From the human T2T-CHM13v2.0 reference genome, Homo sapiens: a stretch of 64,000 nucleotides of DNA. The stretch lies in assembly GCF_009914755.1 (NCBI RefSeq), contig NC_060938.1. One strand, given 5' to 3'. The notes below the pieces were generated by a model. That model was not told the DNA's origin, did no database searches, and saw only the letters and a program-made list of their open reading frames with translations. This document shows, piece after piece, positions 1-13,218 of this stretch. Each line of letters begins with the position of its first letter. The first letter of the stretch is position 1. Made by a program: the position numbers and the translations under genes.

Positions 1-614
1 GTATGTAAATATCAGCAATTCTGGGGAGATTTGCAAGGTACGGCCCTATGCTAATGAGCAATATCTTAAGGAGCTGGAGGTTTTTCTTTTCCTCTGCGAT
101 ATGAATTGGAAAATTGGAAAGCAGGTCAACTTACAAAGTTGTTTGGAGACTGTGAGCTGTTTGTTAATAGATGCATAGTGCCTAGACTATGTAGGACCTA
201 GTGTCATGTACCAGTGACAATAAATAGCAGATGAATATTAATTCCTTTCACAGCCACTTCCTTATCTCCAATGATAATAAAACAAAATTAAACGGCATTA
301 ATTCCCAAATAATAAAACTCAGATATAGAGTTAACTAAGGAAAATATAAAACATGCACGCTTTATATGCAAGGGCAGAAAAGTGTTCTTATTCAGCTTAT
401 CTGGGAAACTTGCAAGTTTAGAAATGAAAACGTTCTCCTCTTTCCAAAAGCATGACTTGATGTTTGTCCTTGATCTTTATCTGTGAACAGGCAAAAGCAT
501 CATTTAAAGTATGCTTTTTACTCATTGTCCTGTATTCAAAATACTTTCATTATAGAATGGCTGATACTCCTACTGGGAATAGTTGAGGAACTCATCCTGA
601 TCTAATCCATTCTA

Positions 615-790
615 ATGTGCTCTAGTCCCAGTGCTGTTATTTGTTCTGTGTAAAGTTTCTTAAGCTCTATGTACTATCAAATGGAATAAGACATAACTCA
701 TTCTTCTAAATGTTATTATGAGAACTAAACATAAAATGCTTTAGCAAACAGAAAGCACTGTGTAGACATAAGTAATACAATTAGCAGTAT
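615..790 (+). mobile_element. Degenerate MIR SINE
   Basis: MIR-like core and 3' motifs (aaatggaataa...gttattatgagaactaaa...aaagcactgtgta); boundaries approximate. Confidence 0.5.
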
Positions 791-3299
791 CATTCATTTG
801 TAGTTTGCAACACAGCAAACAATGCTGCCCCTCCAAAGTTTGAAAGGCATCTTGTCTTCGGTCAATGAAAGTATTCTGGAAAGAAGCTCCTCCACATTTA
901 AATTATATTTTTAAAGCAGCCTATTAAAATGTCTTTGAAAAGTTTACACTGCAGTTTCTCTTGCATATATGGATCTTTTCCTCTCGTAAAATCCCAGGGC
1001 ATTTCAAATAAGGAAAGGTCATTTAGCTCATCTGGTCGATTATAGCTGTGATCCATTTCCCCTACAAGAAGCAAGGGAAACGCTTCTCAATGTGTATCAG
1101 AGAAAAAAACTCTTAGGCCATTAGGACTAAAGCATTGCATATGCCACAAGCACTAGACACCTAATTTCATCACAGACGATTGATGATTCTGCCATCCGGG
1201 CAGAATCAAGCCCGGGATACTGGGACTCAGTGCTTCAGCAGGGAGGCAGGTTCACTGCAGCCTTCATCCAGTTTAAAAAATATTTTATTGACACATAGAG
1301 CATTCAGAGTCATAAAAATATATCATGTTTATCACTGCTTTTATGGCATGCATAGATATGACACAGGGGCATTGAGCCATACAGCATTAGACAAGCGTTT
1401 ATTTCACCCTGAGCTGCTGGGAAGAATGCAGAGCTCAGCTTCTATCCCAGGAGTGGAGCCAATAGGACAGATTTCATCAGAAATAAGCATTTAAGAAAAA
1501 CACAAAAATCAATGCAGACGTATATATCAGTGAAGTGTCCTGATTGGGGTTTTCTACGTGCTAAACAAGCCTGTTCCCGATACATTAGTGCATATTTCTG
1601 CCAAAGGCATTAGACTGCTAAACTGGAGATTTTGAAAAAATGATCATTTTTCATGAATGTGGGAATACAGCCAGAAAATTTACCTTTAAGCACTTTAACT
1701 AACACCCGTAGTTTTTGATTACATTATCACCCAGACTCTGATATATATTTTTATAGAGAGCTATTTCCTGAAGAATTATGATCCGAGACATTTGGTTTTT
1801 GAGTTACCAAGTGGACAGTTAAATGTGGATCTAGATTTAACGAGCGCGAAGCCCTCCTTCATCTAAAGCCAGGTTAGGGCAAAGCTGGAGGGACAGAGTG
1901 TTACAATGAGAACGGAGAGTAGACTTACATTTGCATATAAATGGCAAATGTAAGTAGGTGGAAAGGAAGCATTCAGAAATTTGCATCTGATTTAAGCCTT
2001 GTCCTTATTCAGCAGATTGCAAGTGTCACAGCTTGTTGGGCTGTTAGAAAGGTAGCCAGGGGTGAAGACAATGTTGGAAGAGATGAAGGAAAATGAAGTC
2101 TTTATAAACAGGGACATGCACATCAAGTGCTCAGAGAAAGTTTCAAGGCCTTCCCTTGGAGTGATACACCCGTGGCCTGGCTAACTGTTTAGCTCTCTTG
2201 GAGGCAGAGAAACTCTCCTTTTACATTATACTACCCTAGTGCTACCTAACTTCTACCTGCTTCCGAAAAGGTTACTATTTTTTTCCTGTGAAACAGCATC
2301 GTAGTGTTTTTTTGTGTGTTAAAACACATGCATATGACTTTTTCCTCCAGGGGACTTAAACTCCTTCAAGGCAGAGACCATCTCTTTAATGTATATGTAT
2401 CCCATAATTTTCACTAGTCCATAAGAGTGCAGCAAATGACATACATTGGGCCTTAAATAAATAGTGAACAAATGGAAGAAGAAAGGAAGAAAAGCTGCAG
2501 TGCAGAATGACATCATTATGTTTTGTTTGTGTGCAACATGCATGAACTAAGAGGCATCCTCCTCAAGAGAAACTACTGAAAATAGAAAATTAATTTTATA
2601 CTGAATAATGGGGGAGAATATGGCTTCCTTAAGAAAACAAAAACAAAAATCAAACTTCCTTTGTTGTAAAACTACCTATCCCATATTCCAAATTATACAA
2701 ATTTAGCACTTGATTTTCTCTGGGTCCAAGCCAGCCATACATGATAGGGTAGGCTCTCAGTATCAGATGACTACAGCCTCACGTCACAGTATAAAGCAAG
2801 AAAAGGTTCTGTGTCAGGAAAAATAAAGATATACGTTATTTTGTTTCACTGTGTTTAAAATCTGGTATCAGATGCCATATAATGAGCTAGGCAATAGCAG
2901 GTTCCTTTTGTAATAACCTGGCAAGACATATTGAATTCTCTTCTGTATTCCAAAATGAGACATGCACGGAAAGAATTGTTCAGCTCCTTTGCGCTGTGGA
3001 GTCATTTACCTGTTCAGGATGGCTTCCCGGAGGATTGTAAAGAATGGCAGGCAGGCACTTTTCCCTTGGTGGAAAAATTGCTCATGTAGAGTTTAACTTG
3101 TCTCTGTAGCTTCCAACATACTTCTGAAGTGTGCTACTTAGAGGAGAAAAAAAAAGGTGTTTTCAACCCAGAGGTATTAAAAAAAAAAGAAAGGAAAAAT
3201 GATGTGTGTTTCATCCCATCTAATCCCTCCTATTTCAAAGCAGCAGTGTTTAAAGAGAAGAGCCCTAGCTGCATACTAGTCAGTGTCTTGCCTGGCGGA

Positions 3300-3505
3300 G
3301 TGCAAAGCGGTACCATGAAGAAGTTCTGTCATTTTCCTGCTGTCTAACCTTGGGTAACTTACTTAACTTCTCTGTTGTCTCCATTTCTTCATCTGTAAAA
3401 AGGGGGATAATAAGATCTTTATTTCTTAGGAACAAAAGAGTTGACACCTATATAGTCCTTGAACAGTGCCTCTCTCATAGTAAGTGCTCCGTGTGTTAAA
3501 TACTG
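3300..3505 (+). mobile_element. MIR SINE
   Basis: ccttgggtaacttacttaacttctctg...ttcttcatctgtaaaagggggataataa...tagtaagtgctc matches the MIR core. Confidence 0.75.
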
Positions 3506-3715
3506 TTCCTGAGGCCAAAACGGTGGTTTGGCAGCCTTGGACAAAATGTGTTTTTTCTGTTTCTTTTGCATGTCATTCGTGATGTGACAAAACAGCTATC
3601 TACTTCAAACTCTTCTTTTCAGTCAAACCCACAGCCATTGTTTCCCAATTCATAGCAACTTCTTTACTCACATCTTCCAAGATGACAAGGTTCCTATTAA
3701 AAGTATGAGTATCCA

Positions 3716-4010
3716 TCCGGGTGCAGTGGCTCATGCCTGTAATCCCAGCCCTTTAGGAGGCCAAGGCAGGCAGATCACGAGGTCAGGAGTTTGAGACCAG
3801 CCTGACCAACATGGTGAAACCCGGTCCTTACTAAAAATACAAAAAATTAGTCGGGTGTGGTGGCACGCACCTGTAATTCCCACTACTCAGGAAGCTCAGG
3901 CAGGAGGGATCACTTGAATCCAGGTGGCAGAGGTTGCAGTGAGCTGAGATTGTGACATTGCACTCCAGCCTGGGTGACAGAGTGAGACTCCATCTCAAAA
4001 AAAAAAAAAA
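3716..4010 (+). mobile_element. AluS, full length, with TSD
   Basis: Dimeric Alu with poly(A) tail; TSD aaaagtatgagtatcca at 3699-3715 and 4008-4024. Confidence 0.97.
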
Positions 4011-4264
4011 AGTATGAGTATCCAACATCTATGAAACACTTATCAACCACTTTGGAAATCTGCTGAAACAACTTCAGTGAGTCTTCTCTGCCCACTGAAT
4101 GAAGTGTCAACTCCTTGGGCTTAGATTCAAGTATTTACAGCTCTGATAAAGCGGTCCTCAGCTTTTCCATCCAAATTCTCCTTCTGCTTCCATCCTCAAC
4201 CTTGACCTACAGCCAATGCAGCCTGCTTATTATTCTGCACACCTAGGCTGTGTATGTGACCTAT

Positions 4265-4413
4265 GTTTCTCTCTTTCTTTTCTTTCTTTTCTTTTTCTTT
4301 CTTTCTTTTTCTTTCTTTCTTTCCTTTCTCTCTTTCTCTCTCTCTCTTTCTCTCTCTCTTTTCTTTTCTTTCTTTCTTTCTTTCGTTCGTTCGTTCTTTC
4401 TTTTCTCTTTTTT
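4265..4413. repeat. (TTTC)n/(CT)n polypyrimidine tract, expanded tail of the adjacent antisense Alu
   Basis: Visible directly; abuts the Alu end tttaagacacag. Confidence 0.95.
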
Positions 4414-5228
4414 AAGACACAGTGTAATGGTTAATATTGAGTGTCAACTTGATTGGATTGAAGGATGCAAAGTATTATTCCTGGATTTGTCTGTGAGGGT
4501 GTTGCCAAAGGAGATTAACATTTGAGTCAGTGGACTGGGAGAGGCAGACCCACCCTCAATCTCGGTGGACACCATCTAATTAGCTGCCAGCCCGGCTAGG
4601 ATAAAAGCAGACAGAAGAATGTGGAAGGAATAGACTGGCTGAGTCTTCTGGCCTCCATCTTTCTCCTGTGCTGGATGCTTCCTGTCCTTGAATATCAGAC
4701 TCCAAGTTCTTCAGCTTTTGGACTCTCGGACCTACACAAGTGGTTTGCCAGCAGCTCTTGGGCCTTTGGCCACAGACTGAAGGCTGCACTGTCAGTTTCC
4801 CTACTTTTGAGGTTTTTGGACTTGGGTTGGCTTTCTTGCTCCTCAGCTTGCACATGGTCTATTGTGGGACTTCACCTTGTGATCTTGTGAGTCAATACTC
4901 CTTAATAAACTCCCTTTCATATATACATCTATCCTATTAGTCCTGTCCCTCTAGAGAACCCTGACTAATACAGACAGGGTCTCACTCTTCTGCCCAAGCT
5001 GAAGTGCAGTGTTGCAGTCGTAGCTCACTGCAACCTCAAATGCCTGGACTCAAGTGATCTTCCCATCTCAGCTTTTCAAGTAGCTGGGACTACAGGTGCA
5101 TGCCACCACGTCGGGTTAATTTTTCTATTTTTTGTAAAGATGGGGTCTCACTCTGTTGCCAAGGCTGCCGTCCTCCCACTCAGCTTCCCAAAGTGCTGGA
5201 ATTATAGGCGTGAGCTGCCACACACCTA
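4408..5228 (-). mobile_element. AluJ-like element interrupted by the MLT2A LTR
   Basis: Alu tail end at 4408-4422 continues at 4973 (gacagggtctcactc...) to about 5228. Confidence 0.88.
4423..4972 (+). mobile_element. MLT2A (HERV-L) solo LTR
   Basis: Starts tgtaatggttaatattgagtgtcaacttgattggattg and ends agaaccctgactaataca; AATAAA near 4904; near-perfect 5-bp TSD cacag/gacag. Confidence 0.93.
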
Positions 5229-6098
5229 CTTCTGTTTTTTGTACCTGAAAGGGCTATTCTCTACGCTTACATCGGTTCAATTCTTGCCTTTTCTTTAAGG
5301 CTAAACTTACGTTGTTATTTCCTATGAGAGCTTGTTCTCGATTCACCCAGGCAGAAAGAATCACTTCCCCCTCCGGATTTTGATATCATTTTCTCACGCC
5401 TTCCAAATGGAAGATTTTACTCTGAGGCTCACTTACTTGTGTATCCATACAACTTCCGTCAATAAGTCATATGCCTCCTGAGAACTGAAGCTAAAAAAAA
5501 TGACACTCTCCTTGCCCACAGCAGGCACTTGAAAAATATTTCATGAATCAATGAATCTACCTACCTACCACACAGAAACAGGGGTTTGACAAAAGGTTCC
5601 CTTTCCTAATACAATTAGTATAGACATCTCATAATATTCCTTCAGTGAATACTTATTGAGAATCAAACATCATCAAGGTTTGAGATTAAAGTCTGTGATC
5701 TTAAAGACTGGGAGACATTTGAAACCTCTTCTTGAAGGCTATATTTAAATAAATAAATAATCGTTTAATAAGCTGTAGCCTTGGACTATATATATAGATA
5801 ACTGCCTGAGGGACATTCAGGCTGGCTTCACAGGAGAGGTAGGATTTAGACTGAATCCTAGAAGTTTTCCAGATGAAGTCATTGAGAATGGCAACCATGG
5901 CTCCATTGAGAATGGAGCAAAATCAATATTCAAGACAGTGAGTTATGAAAGGAGCAGGTAAATCATGATTAGAAGAGTAATTGGCATTTATTAGGCACTT
6001 ATTTTGTGTCAAGTGCTAAGCTAGTTTCCTTCAATGTCATCATAAACCTAGAAATTAGGTGCAAATATTATTCCCATTTCACCAAGAAGAAACTGTAG

Positions 6099-6408
6099 TG
6101 TATTAGCCAGAGTTCTCCAGAGAAACAAAACAAATAAGAAAGAAGGTAAGAGGGGGTGGAGGGAGAGTTGCACTCAAGTTTGAAGAAAGAATTCGCTCTT
6201 CTTTGAGAAGGGCAATCCTTTCTCTTAAGGTCTTCAATTGATGAAATGAAGCTCATCTATATTATAGAGATAATCTGCTTTACTCAAACTCCATCATTTG
6301 GAATATTAATCCCACCTCAAAATCACCTTCACAGGAACATCCAGAACAGTGTTTGACTAGATATCTGGGTGCCATGGCCTAGCCAAGCAGATAAAATTAA
6401 CCATCACA
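6099..6408 (-). mobile_element. MLT2-family (MLT2D-like) LTR inserted in a MIR
   Basis: tgtattagccagagttctccagagaaaca...aattaaccatcaca; flanks tgtag/tgtgg; MIR sequence on both sides (about 5980-6500). Confidence 0.8.
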
Positions 6409-7229
6409 TGTGGCCTGTAGAGATCAAGTCATCCTGTCATGAACACCAAGGGAAAATTCATACAGCAAATATGAGGCTGAGCTGGGATTTAAACTTCTAC
6501 TTGATGTTGCCTAGTTTGCAGACCCAGGAACAGGATATATTTCTGGAAAGAGCTGGTGGGTCATATTCAAGCCAGGCTCCTTAAGGCAAAGCTGAGAGTT
6601 AGAAAATGAAAGACTTGTTACAACTGCCAAATACGAATGGTTAGGCCAAGAGTTGGTAGTGAAGCAGCAGAAACAGAAGCAATGCGAGAATTGGAGTTGC
6701 ACTAAGAAATTGCTTTGCAATGTGTAATCACTGTCGTGGCCAGCTGAATGCATGGGTGCATTGGCATGTTAGCCTGGATTATAGGAGAAGTGAACTTGAA
6801 GGCAGGCTGACTAGAATCAGGAGGACTGGCAACTCTACCTAGCTTGGTAGGAGTCTAAGCTAAGGGTAAGAACAAAATAGCTAATGTAGATGAGAGAGAA
6901 GTTAAGTTCAAGTGCACACAGCTGGCACATGGTAAAACTCTTGCCCCTATTTGGCATCTTCATTTAGTTAGTTTAACACTGGCCAGGTTTTCGGGCCCAC
7001 TGGGCATATGAAGAAAAGGAGAGAGATACCAAGAAACATTAAGAGAATCAAGAAAAAAAAAATTCAAGGGAGCTATCCAATAAGAGATGCTAGGCAGTAA
7101 TGTGTCCAGTAAGTTGTCAAAGTCATGAAAAGATACATGAGAAAAAACAAAATCTACATGAGAAAGTTATCCCATCCTGTGCGATAAAAAGTACTCTACA
7201 CAGGTGAAATAAATAATACATAAAATAAA

Positions 7230-7420
7230 AATCAAGGTACCTACACCGATTAGCAAGGCACTACACTATGCTCCTCAGATACGTAACCTAATTTCATCCA
7301 TTAAATGTCATCAAAAACAGGTATTTGTATCCTTTCTCCTTCAGGAAGATTAAGTAGATTACCCAAGGGCCAGTAGCAGGTGATAACAGACATAGTATGT
7401 AAGTCCACAAATGGCCATTT
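7230..7420 (-). mobile_element. MIR SINE fragment
   Basis: gaagattaagtagattacccaagggccagtagcaggtgataacaga matches the antisense MIR core. Confidence 0.55.
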
Positions 7421-8677
7421 CCAAATCTCATGTTATTTTTTTTCAATAGGGCCACCCTTTGACAAAAGAATAGTCCATGTACAGCGGTTATTTCCTGATT
7501 ATTAGAGGTGAGAAGATGTCTAGTCATTAACATTAAAAAAAAAAAAAAAGAGCTCTGTTGCAGGGCTCGGGGAACTTTGAAAAATGTCAGTCACCTATCT
7601 ACAGGACATTAGTCTACAGGTAGAACTTTTCACACATGACCTGAGAATACCTATCCACCATCCACTCCAGACTGTAGAAAACCTGGCAGCATCCCAAGTT
7701 CCTCTTACTTCCAGTGGAGAAACTGAGGGTTGTCCCAAGAATCTCCCCCAACTCTCTACCCTCATTGTTTCCTGTCACAGTGATTCTGTTGGCAGGAGTC
7801 TGAGTGGATGTCTTTCTAGTTCTAGGCCAGATGTCTTACATGTGGGAGCTGCAAATGGCAACTCTGTGTTTAATGAGTTACTGCTAACCTTCTAATTCCT
7901 GATGAATCAGCGAGAGTCAGAGAGCAATTTCCCATTATATTCTAGTGGATCAGAGCACAAAATATCAGCCTGCTGTGTGTGTCATTCATATCCGAAACCA
8001 GCTTTAAAAGCCCAGGTAAAGAGTTCAATAAATTTAAGGAAATTGCAATTGCTGATAAATTATAGACACTTCAGCTGTCTGTATATTTCTCTATCAGCAT
8101 ATAAACGACATGATGAAAGCAAGAAAACTGATTATTTTATAAACTGTAATAAGGTAATATAGTTAGAAAATTTCCAAAAAGTAATTTAAACTTCCAAGTT
8201 AACTGATAGGAAACTGTTACTGAAAATCATCATATATTCCCACTCTTTAAAAAAATTTGTGTAAAGACTATTACTTTCCATTTAAAAAAAATCTGTTTTA
8301 CTTTTCATGTCTGCATTGCCTGATTATGACATAAAATAATTTTATGATAAGTATGAGCTATCAGAGAAGGCAAAGGAATCTTCCTCTATTTGTATCTTCA
8401 GGAAAAGATTACAGAAATACATGTAATGTTTACACAATCACATGCCCAAAGACCAGCCTCTGAACCACTATGTATAATAGCAGATATTTTTGGGGCAACC
8501 ATTATGTGCTAGACTAGGGATCTAAAGTGATGAGACTATAATGCCTACTCCAACCGAAGGCAAAACATGGAGGAAAGAGAAATAAGCGAGCAGGCAGTTT
8601 TATGCATTTTAACAGTGCATTCAACATGAATAAGATAGATGGATGGATGGATGAATGGATAATGGAATAAGAGTTGC

Positions 8678-9101
8678 TGTCATGGATGTTTACAGTTCGG
8701 TGTCCTTTCTAAGTTCATTTGTTGAAGCCCTAATCCCCAGTGTGACTACATTTGGATATAAGATCTTTTAGGGGGTAATTAAGGTTAAATGAGGTCATAA
8801 GAGTGAGGTACTAATCCAATAAGACAGGTTTCTTATAAGAAGAGAGAGAAACACCAGAGTGCTCTTGCTATCTCTCTTTCTCTCCCTCCCTTCCTTCATG
8901 TGCACAGAGGAAAGTCCATGTGAAGGTCATAGCAAGACTGCGGTCATTGATAAGCCAGAGAGAGAGGCCTCACCAGAAACCAACTCTGCTGGGGCCTTAA
9001 TCTTGGACTTCTGGGCTCCAGACCTCTGAGAAAATGAATTTTGGTTGTTTAAGTCATGCAGTCATTGGTATCTTCTTATGCCAGACTGAGCAGGGTCCTA
9101 C
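8678..9101 (+). mobile_element. MLT1A/B-type MaLR solo LTR
   Basis: gttgaagccctaatccccagtgtgactacatttgga...gtaattaaggttaaatgaggtcataag...gttgtttaagtca. Confidence 0.88.
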
Positions 9102-9629
9102 AGATAGATAGGTAGATAGCACTGTGGAATCAGAGTATGGGTTATAGAAATCTCTGCTTGGGTAACAAGGAAGACTTCAAAGGGAAATTCAATATTTTTT
9201 TCCTCTTTGATTTGCTTAAGTTATAAATGCAATACATACTCCTTATAACTTTGCAGCAACATAGAAGGCATATAAAATTTGCAAATATGTAAGTGTTCTA
9301 TTTGTGCATGACTCTTCCAAAGCAGGCACTCTTAAAGAGCTCAGTTGAATTTTTCCAGATCACTTTAAGGGAGCTGATTTGCAAGGGACAGAGGGCATTC
9401 CATATAGGAATGCTGGAAGGTAACACAATTGGAGCAAAATGAAGGGCATGTGCAAAAGCTGAGATGAAAAAGCAGAAAGGAATGAAGCAGAACCTCTCAC
9501 ATGAACTGGCAGCAGGTGTGTGTTCAAGGGTGCCATGCATCAGGCCATCAGCTTATACGTGAAATGGCAGGAACCAAGTCATGAAGGCACTATATGGGGA
9601 ATTGGACTAGAGATAGGAATAGACAGCCT

Positions 9630-11400
9630 AAAGAAAAAGAAAATAGCTTATAAACACAGGAAGAGATCCTTAACTTCACTCAAAATTAGAGAAACACAAA
9701 TTAAAACTACATTAAGATACCAGTTGTCATCTTTCTGCTTGTCAAAACTCTAAAATTTTTATGAAGTACTTTGTTGAGGAGGCTGTGTAAATACAGTACG
9801 CTTAGACATTGCTGTTGGGAATGCAAAATGGTACAACCTTATGCAGGGGAATTTGAAAATAGCTAGTAATATTATGTAAACAGTTGCCCTTTGACCAAGC
9901 ATTTCTACTTCTGGGAATATATCACAAAGATACACTGGTGAAATATAAAAATATATATAAACAAGGAATTCAATGTAGTATTTTCTGTAAAGGTAAAATA
10001 CGGGAAATAATCTAAATATTTGCCAATGAAGAACTAGTTAAATAAACCATGGTACAGCTGCATTATGGAATACCCTGAAGCTGTAAGAGAAATAAGAAAT
10101 GATTCTATATAATACAGGTGATCACCAGGATCTACTAATAAGTGAAAAATTAAACAAGCAAAGTGAAGGAAAGAATATTTAGTGAGTTACCATTTATTCT
10201 ACAACACAGTTTGGAATATATAGAGAAAACCATTATATATAAATATCCATATATATATATCCATATATATCCATATATATATATATGTTTGCTTATATTT
10301 TAAAAAATGAAAGGATGAACAACACCAACAAAATTAAATGGCTACCATTAGGGGCCATTTTGCAGGGGACTGGAATGGAAGCTGAATGCTTTTGAAGATA
10401 ACTTTTGTAAATATTTGAAAAGATGCAAATATTTGACATTTACAAAAATAAATGAATAAGACAAAGCATGAAATTTGGAAGAAAAATGAAATGAAAGAAC
10501 CTAACTACATATAAGTTAGCTGTCATAACCACACAAAATGGAACCATTCCATGTCACCTTAATTTAACTAGCATTCATATTGGGATATATCCTAAGGTAA
10601 AACAGTAGAAAACAAAAAACAAACAAACAAAAACCTCCTACTTTTAGTAATCATCAAATCATCATATTGATGTCGAAGCTGGAAGTGAGTCTATGCTAAG
10701 TATATTGGCAAATGAAGTAAGTGAATAATTATATTGGTGTTCTTGACAACTGTGATTTGGGCATGGGGGAAAGACATTGAAAGACTGGTGAGGTCGAGGA
10801 AAACCCATATTAAATTGGAAGTGTTTGAATAAAATTATTAGAAATTTTCTCTTTTAAAATACATGCATTGAAACAGCCCAGTACCAATAAGCACTTTTCT
10901 AATCCATGTTATATTCTGTAAAGTGTATATCTCATCAAAATGACCCAGTGCTTCTTTGAGAAATGCTTAAATCCAGGATAAAATGGTGCAAACAATTTTG
11001 ACAGCAAGGAAACTCAAAGACTACTGGAGTCATGTAAACTGACTCAGGAGCCAAAATAAAAAATTTCCCACTAGCCACGTATGGAGTAACTTGAGGATCA
11101 GTAAAGATAATTGCAGTGAATTAAAAATAATTTTGTGTTATATCTGTATGCTTTTAATTTTACAAGGAAAGTGTTTAGCTTTAGAAATAAATCTTCATCG
11201 TTTATTTTTAGAGGATTGTAGGGGACCAACTCATCAGTTGGAATACTGCTAAGAAAATGGAAATAATCAAACATTTATGTATATTTAAGCATTTTGGTTG
11301 CCTTTCTTTACAAACTCTACCTCAGTGTTGTTAAGTAGTTGATGACTAGTAATTTTTCTATTTGAAATAATCCAGATAAGAATAAAGGACCAGTACAGTT
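9630..11400 (+). mobile_element. Old L1 (L1MC/MD-type) ORF2 end plus 3'UTR, with an AT-rich microsatellite near 10235-10286
   Basis: aaacacaaattaaaactacattaagatac...gttgggaatgcaaaatggtacaacc are L1 3' motifs. Confidence 0.8.
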
Positions 11401-12479
11401 AGAATAAATTCAAATGCATTCATGAGTAAAGAGAGATGGAAGTCAAGAAGAAGACTATTCTGTCAACATTAAATTGCACTTTCTAGTTCTAATCTCTCTT
11501 TCACAGTTACCAATTCTTGCAGGTCCTCTCTACTTAAATTTCATTCTTATTTCTAGTGGATAAGTTTCCAAAGCAAACAACACGTTTTGTTGGTTTATTT
11601 TGTTTTTTTCCATGCATATTTCTTCTCCTGACTTTCTGTTTTTATTATCGGATGACATCATACTTCTCTCATTAATGGAGACTTGAAAGCTTTTCTACCC
11701 TTGACTCATTCTCCTTTCCATGATCTCCCATACCAAATATGGTTACCAAGTCCGGTTTATTTTGTCATAGCAATATCTTGAAAACACATCTTTTCTTCAT
11801 TTTCTTTCTCTGGCCCACATTTAGAGCAGGTAATCAGGGCCTTGGTCTTGGACCTCAGATTACATGGGGTTCTGCTCTGATCTTCCTCTGGAAAACCACT
11901 TCACCATAAAATGGAATGTTCCAAAGACCAAGGGAATGTGCTCATCTGAAGTTCACAGATGCTCATTTAGACCACAATGAAGGTACCCAGCACCCTAGAC
12001 TATCTTGCCCAAGGGCCCCAAGACTACTTCTCTGGGTTGTCCTCCCAAAGACAGACTATCATACCTGATTTGGCTGTTAGGAGAGGGAGTGTGTGTGGAA
12101 CCTGGCCTCAAATGTCCACATGCTCAAGAGGCCCTTTGTGGTAGAGATGGAGCCTGGGGTTTAAAAGAAGGGGAGTGGGCAAGAGGTGGGGAGTCTCTAT
12201 TTGAACTCTAGTCCTGTCTCTGTAAACAACAGAAGAAAGCCTGCCAACCATCTAGTGAGACCCTGTCATCTTTCACATGAACTATGATGGTAATCTTGAG
12301 ACTACAAACCATTCCCTAGAAATTTAGTTCAACCTTTCTAAAAGTCTGGACTTTAAGAACAAGCAGTGTGAGAATGCCCTGATCTCTGATGTATTAGCAT
12401 GTCTGAGGCAGGGCTGGAAATCTGCATGTGTCACAAGCTCCTTGGTTATTATTCTCCACGTTGGAGTTTATGGTTAAGT

Positions 12480-13195
12480 GCCTCCTCCCTCCAATGCATT
12501 TTATGTACTTTCACCAAACTAGTATTAGTAAGGCTCAGTTCTAATCACACCATCTACTTCTCTGCACCTTGCAATGGGCCTCCATTGCTTAAAAAGCATT
12601 AATTAATTATCAAGAGCTCAATTATTATCTTCATGTGACTTTTCCAGGTAATCCGATGCCTTTTCCATAATTTATCTTATAGTTCAGGGATCAGTAAACA
12701 TTTGGAGTAAAGTGCCAGATAGTAAATATTTTAGGCTTTTCATGCTAGACAGCTATAATGATGCAAATCCACAAAAGCAGCCATAGATAATATGTAAACA
12801 AGTAGGCATGGCCGTGTTGCAATAAAACTTTATTCACGAAACAGGATTAGGCCTCAGGCTATAGTTTGTTGACTTCTGATTTGGTTAAACTGACTGACTT
12901 GCTCTTCCATGAACCCCACTCTCCATTTGTTCTTGCCATTCCCTCCATTTCTGAACGTCTGTATCCTACTCAAGATTATTTCCCAAAACTAGCTCCTTTA
13001 GAGATCTTCCCTGAACATTTTAGTAAAGAGTCCCTTCCATGCCAAAAGCATGGTGCCTGATAGTTCTCACTAGCTTGAATTTTAGTTATGTGTCTACCTG
13101 GTCATTTCTCCAGTTTAACAGCCTAAGAGCAAGGATGTTTCTGTTTGTCTTGTAGCACCTGGATTTTTGACTTTATTGTTTATTTAACAAACATT
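12480..13195. mobile_element. Degenerate L2 fragments
   Basis: L2 3'-like segments such as gttcttgccattccctccatt and aagagcaaggatgtttctgtttgtcttgtagcacctgg. Confidence 0.5.
12685..12878. mobile_element. MER58A hAT-Charlie MITE
   Basis: TIRs cagggatcagtaaac / gtttgttgacttctg; internal ccagatagtaaatattttaggcttt and ataaaactttattcac. Confidence 0.88.
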
Positions 13196-13218
13196 TTGAT
13201 ATAGATGTAGACAGCAGC

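Noticed and set aside
1180-1494. 104-aa ORF in unique sequence
   Set aside because: Non-ATG first codon, no recognisable domain or splice context, and a length expected by chance
8050-8099. Imperfect hairpin tgctgata...tatcagca
   Set aside because: Short interrupted arms, compatible with chance in AT-rich DNA
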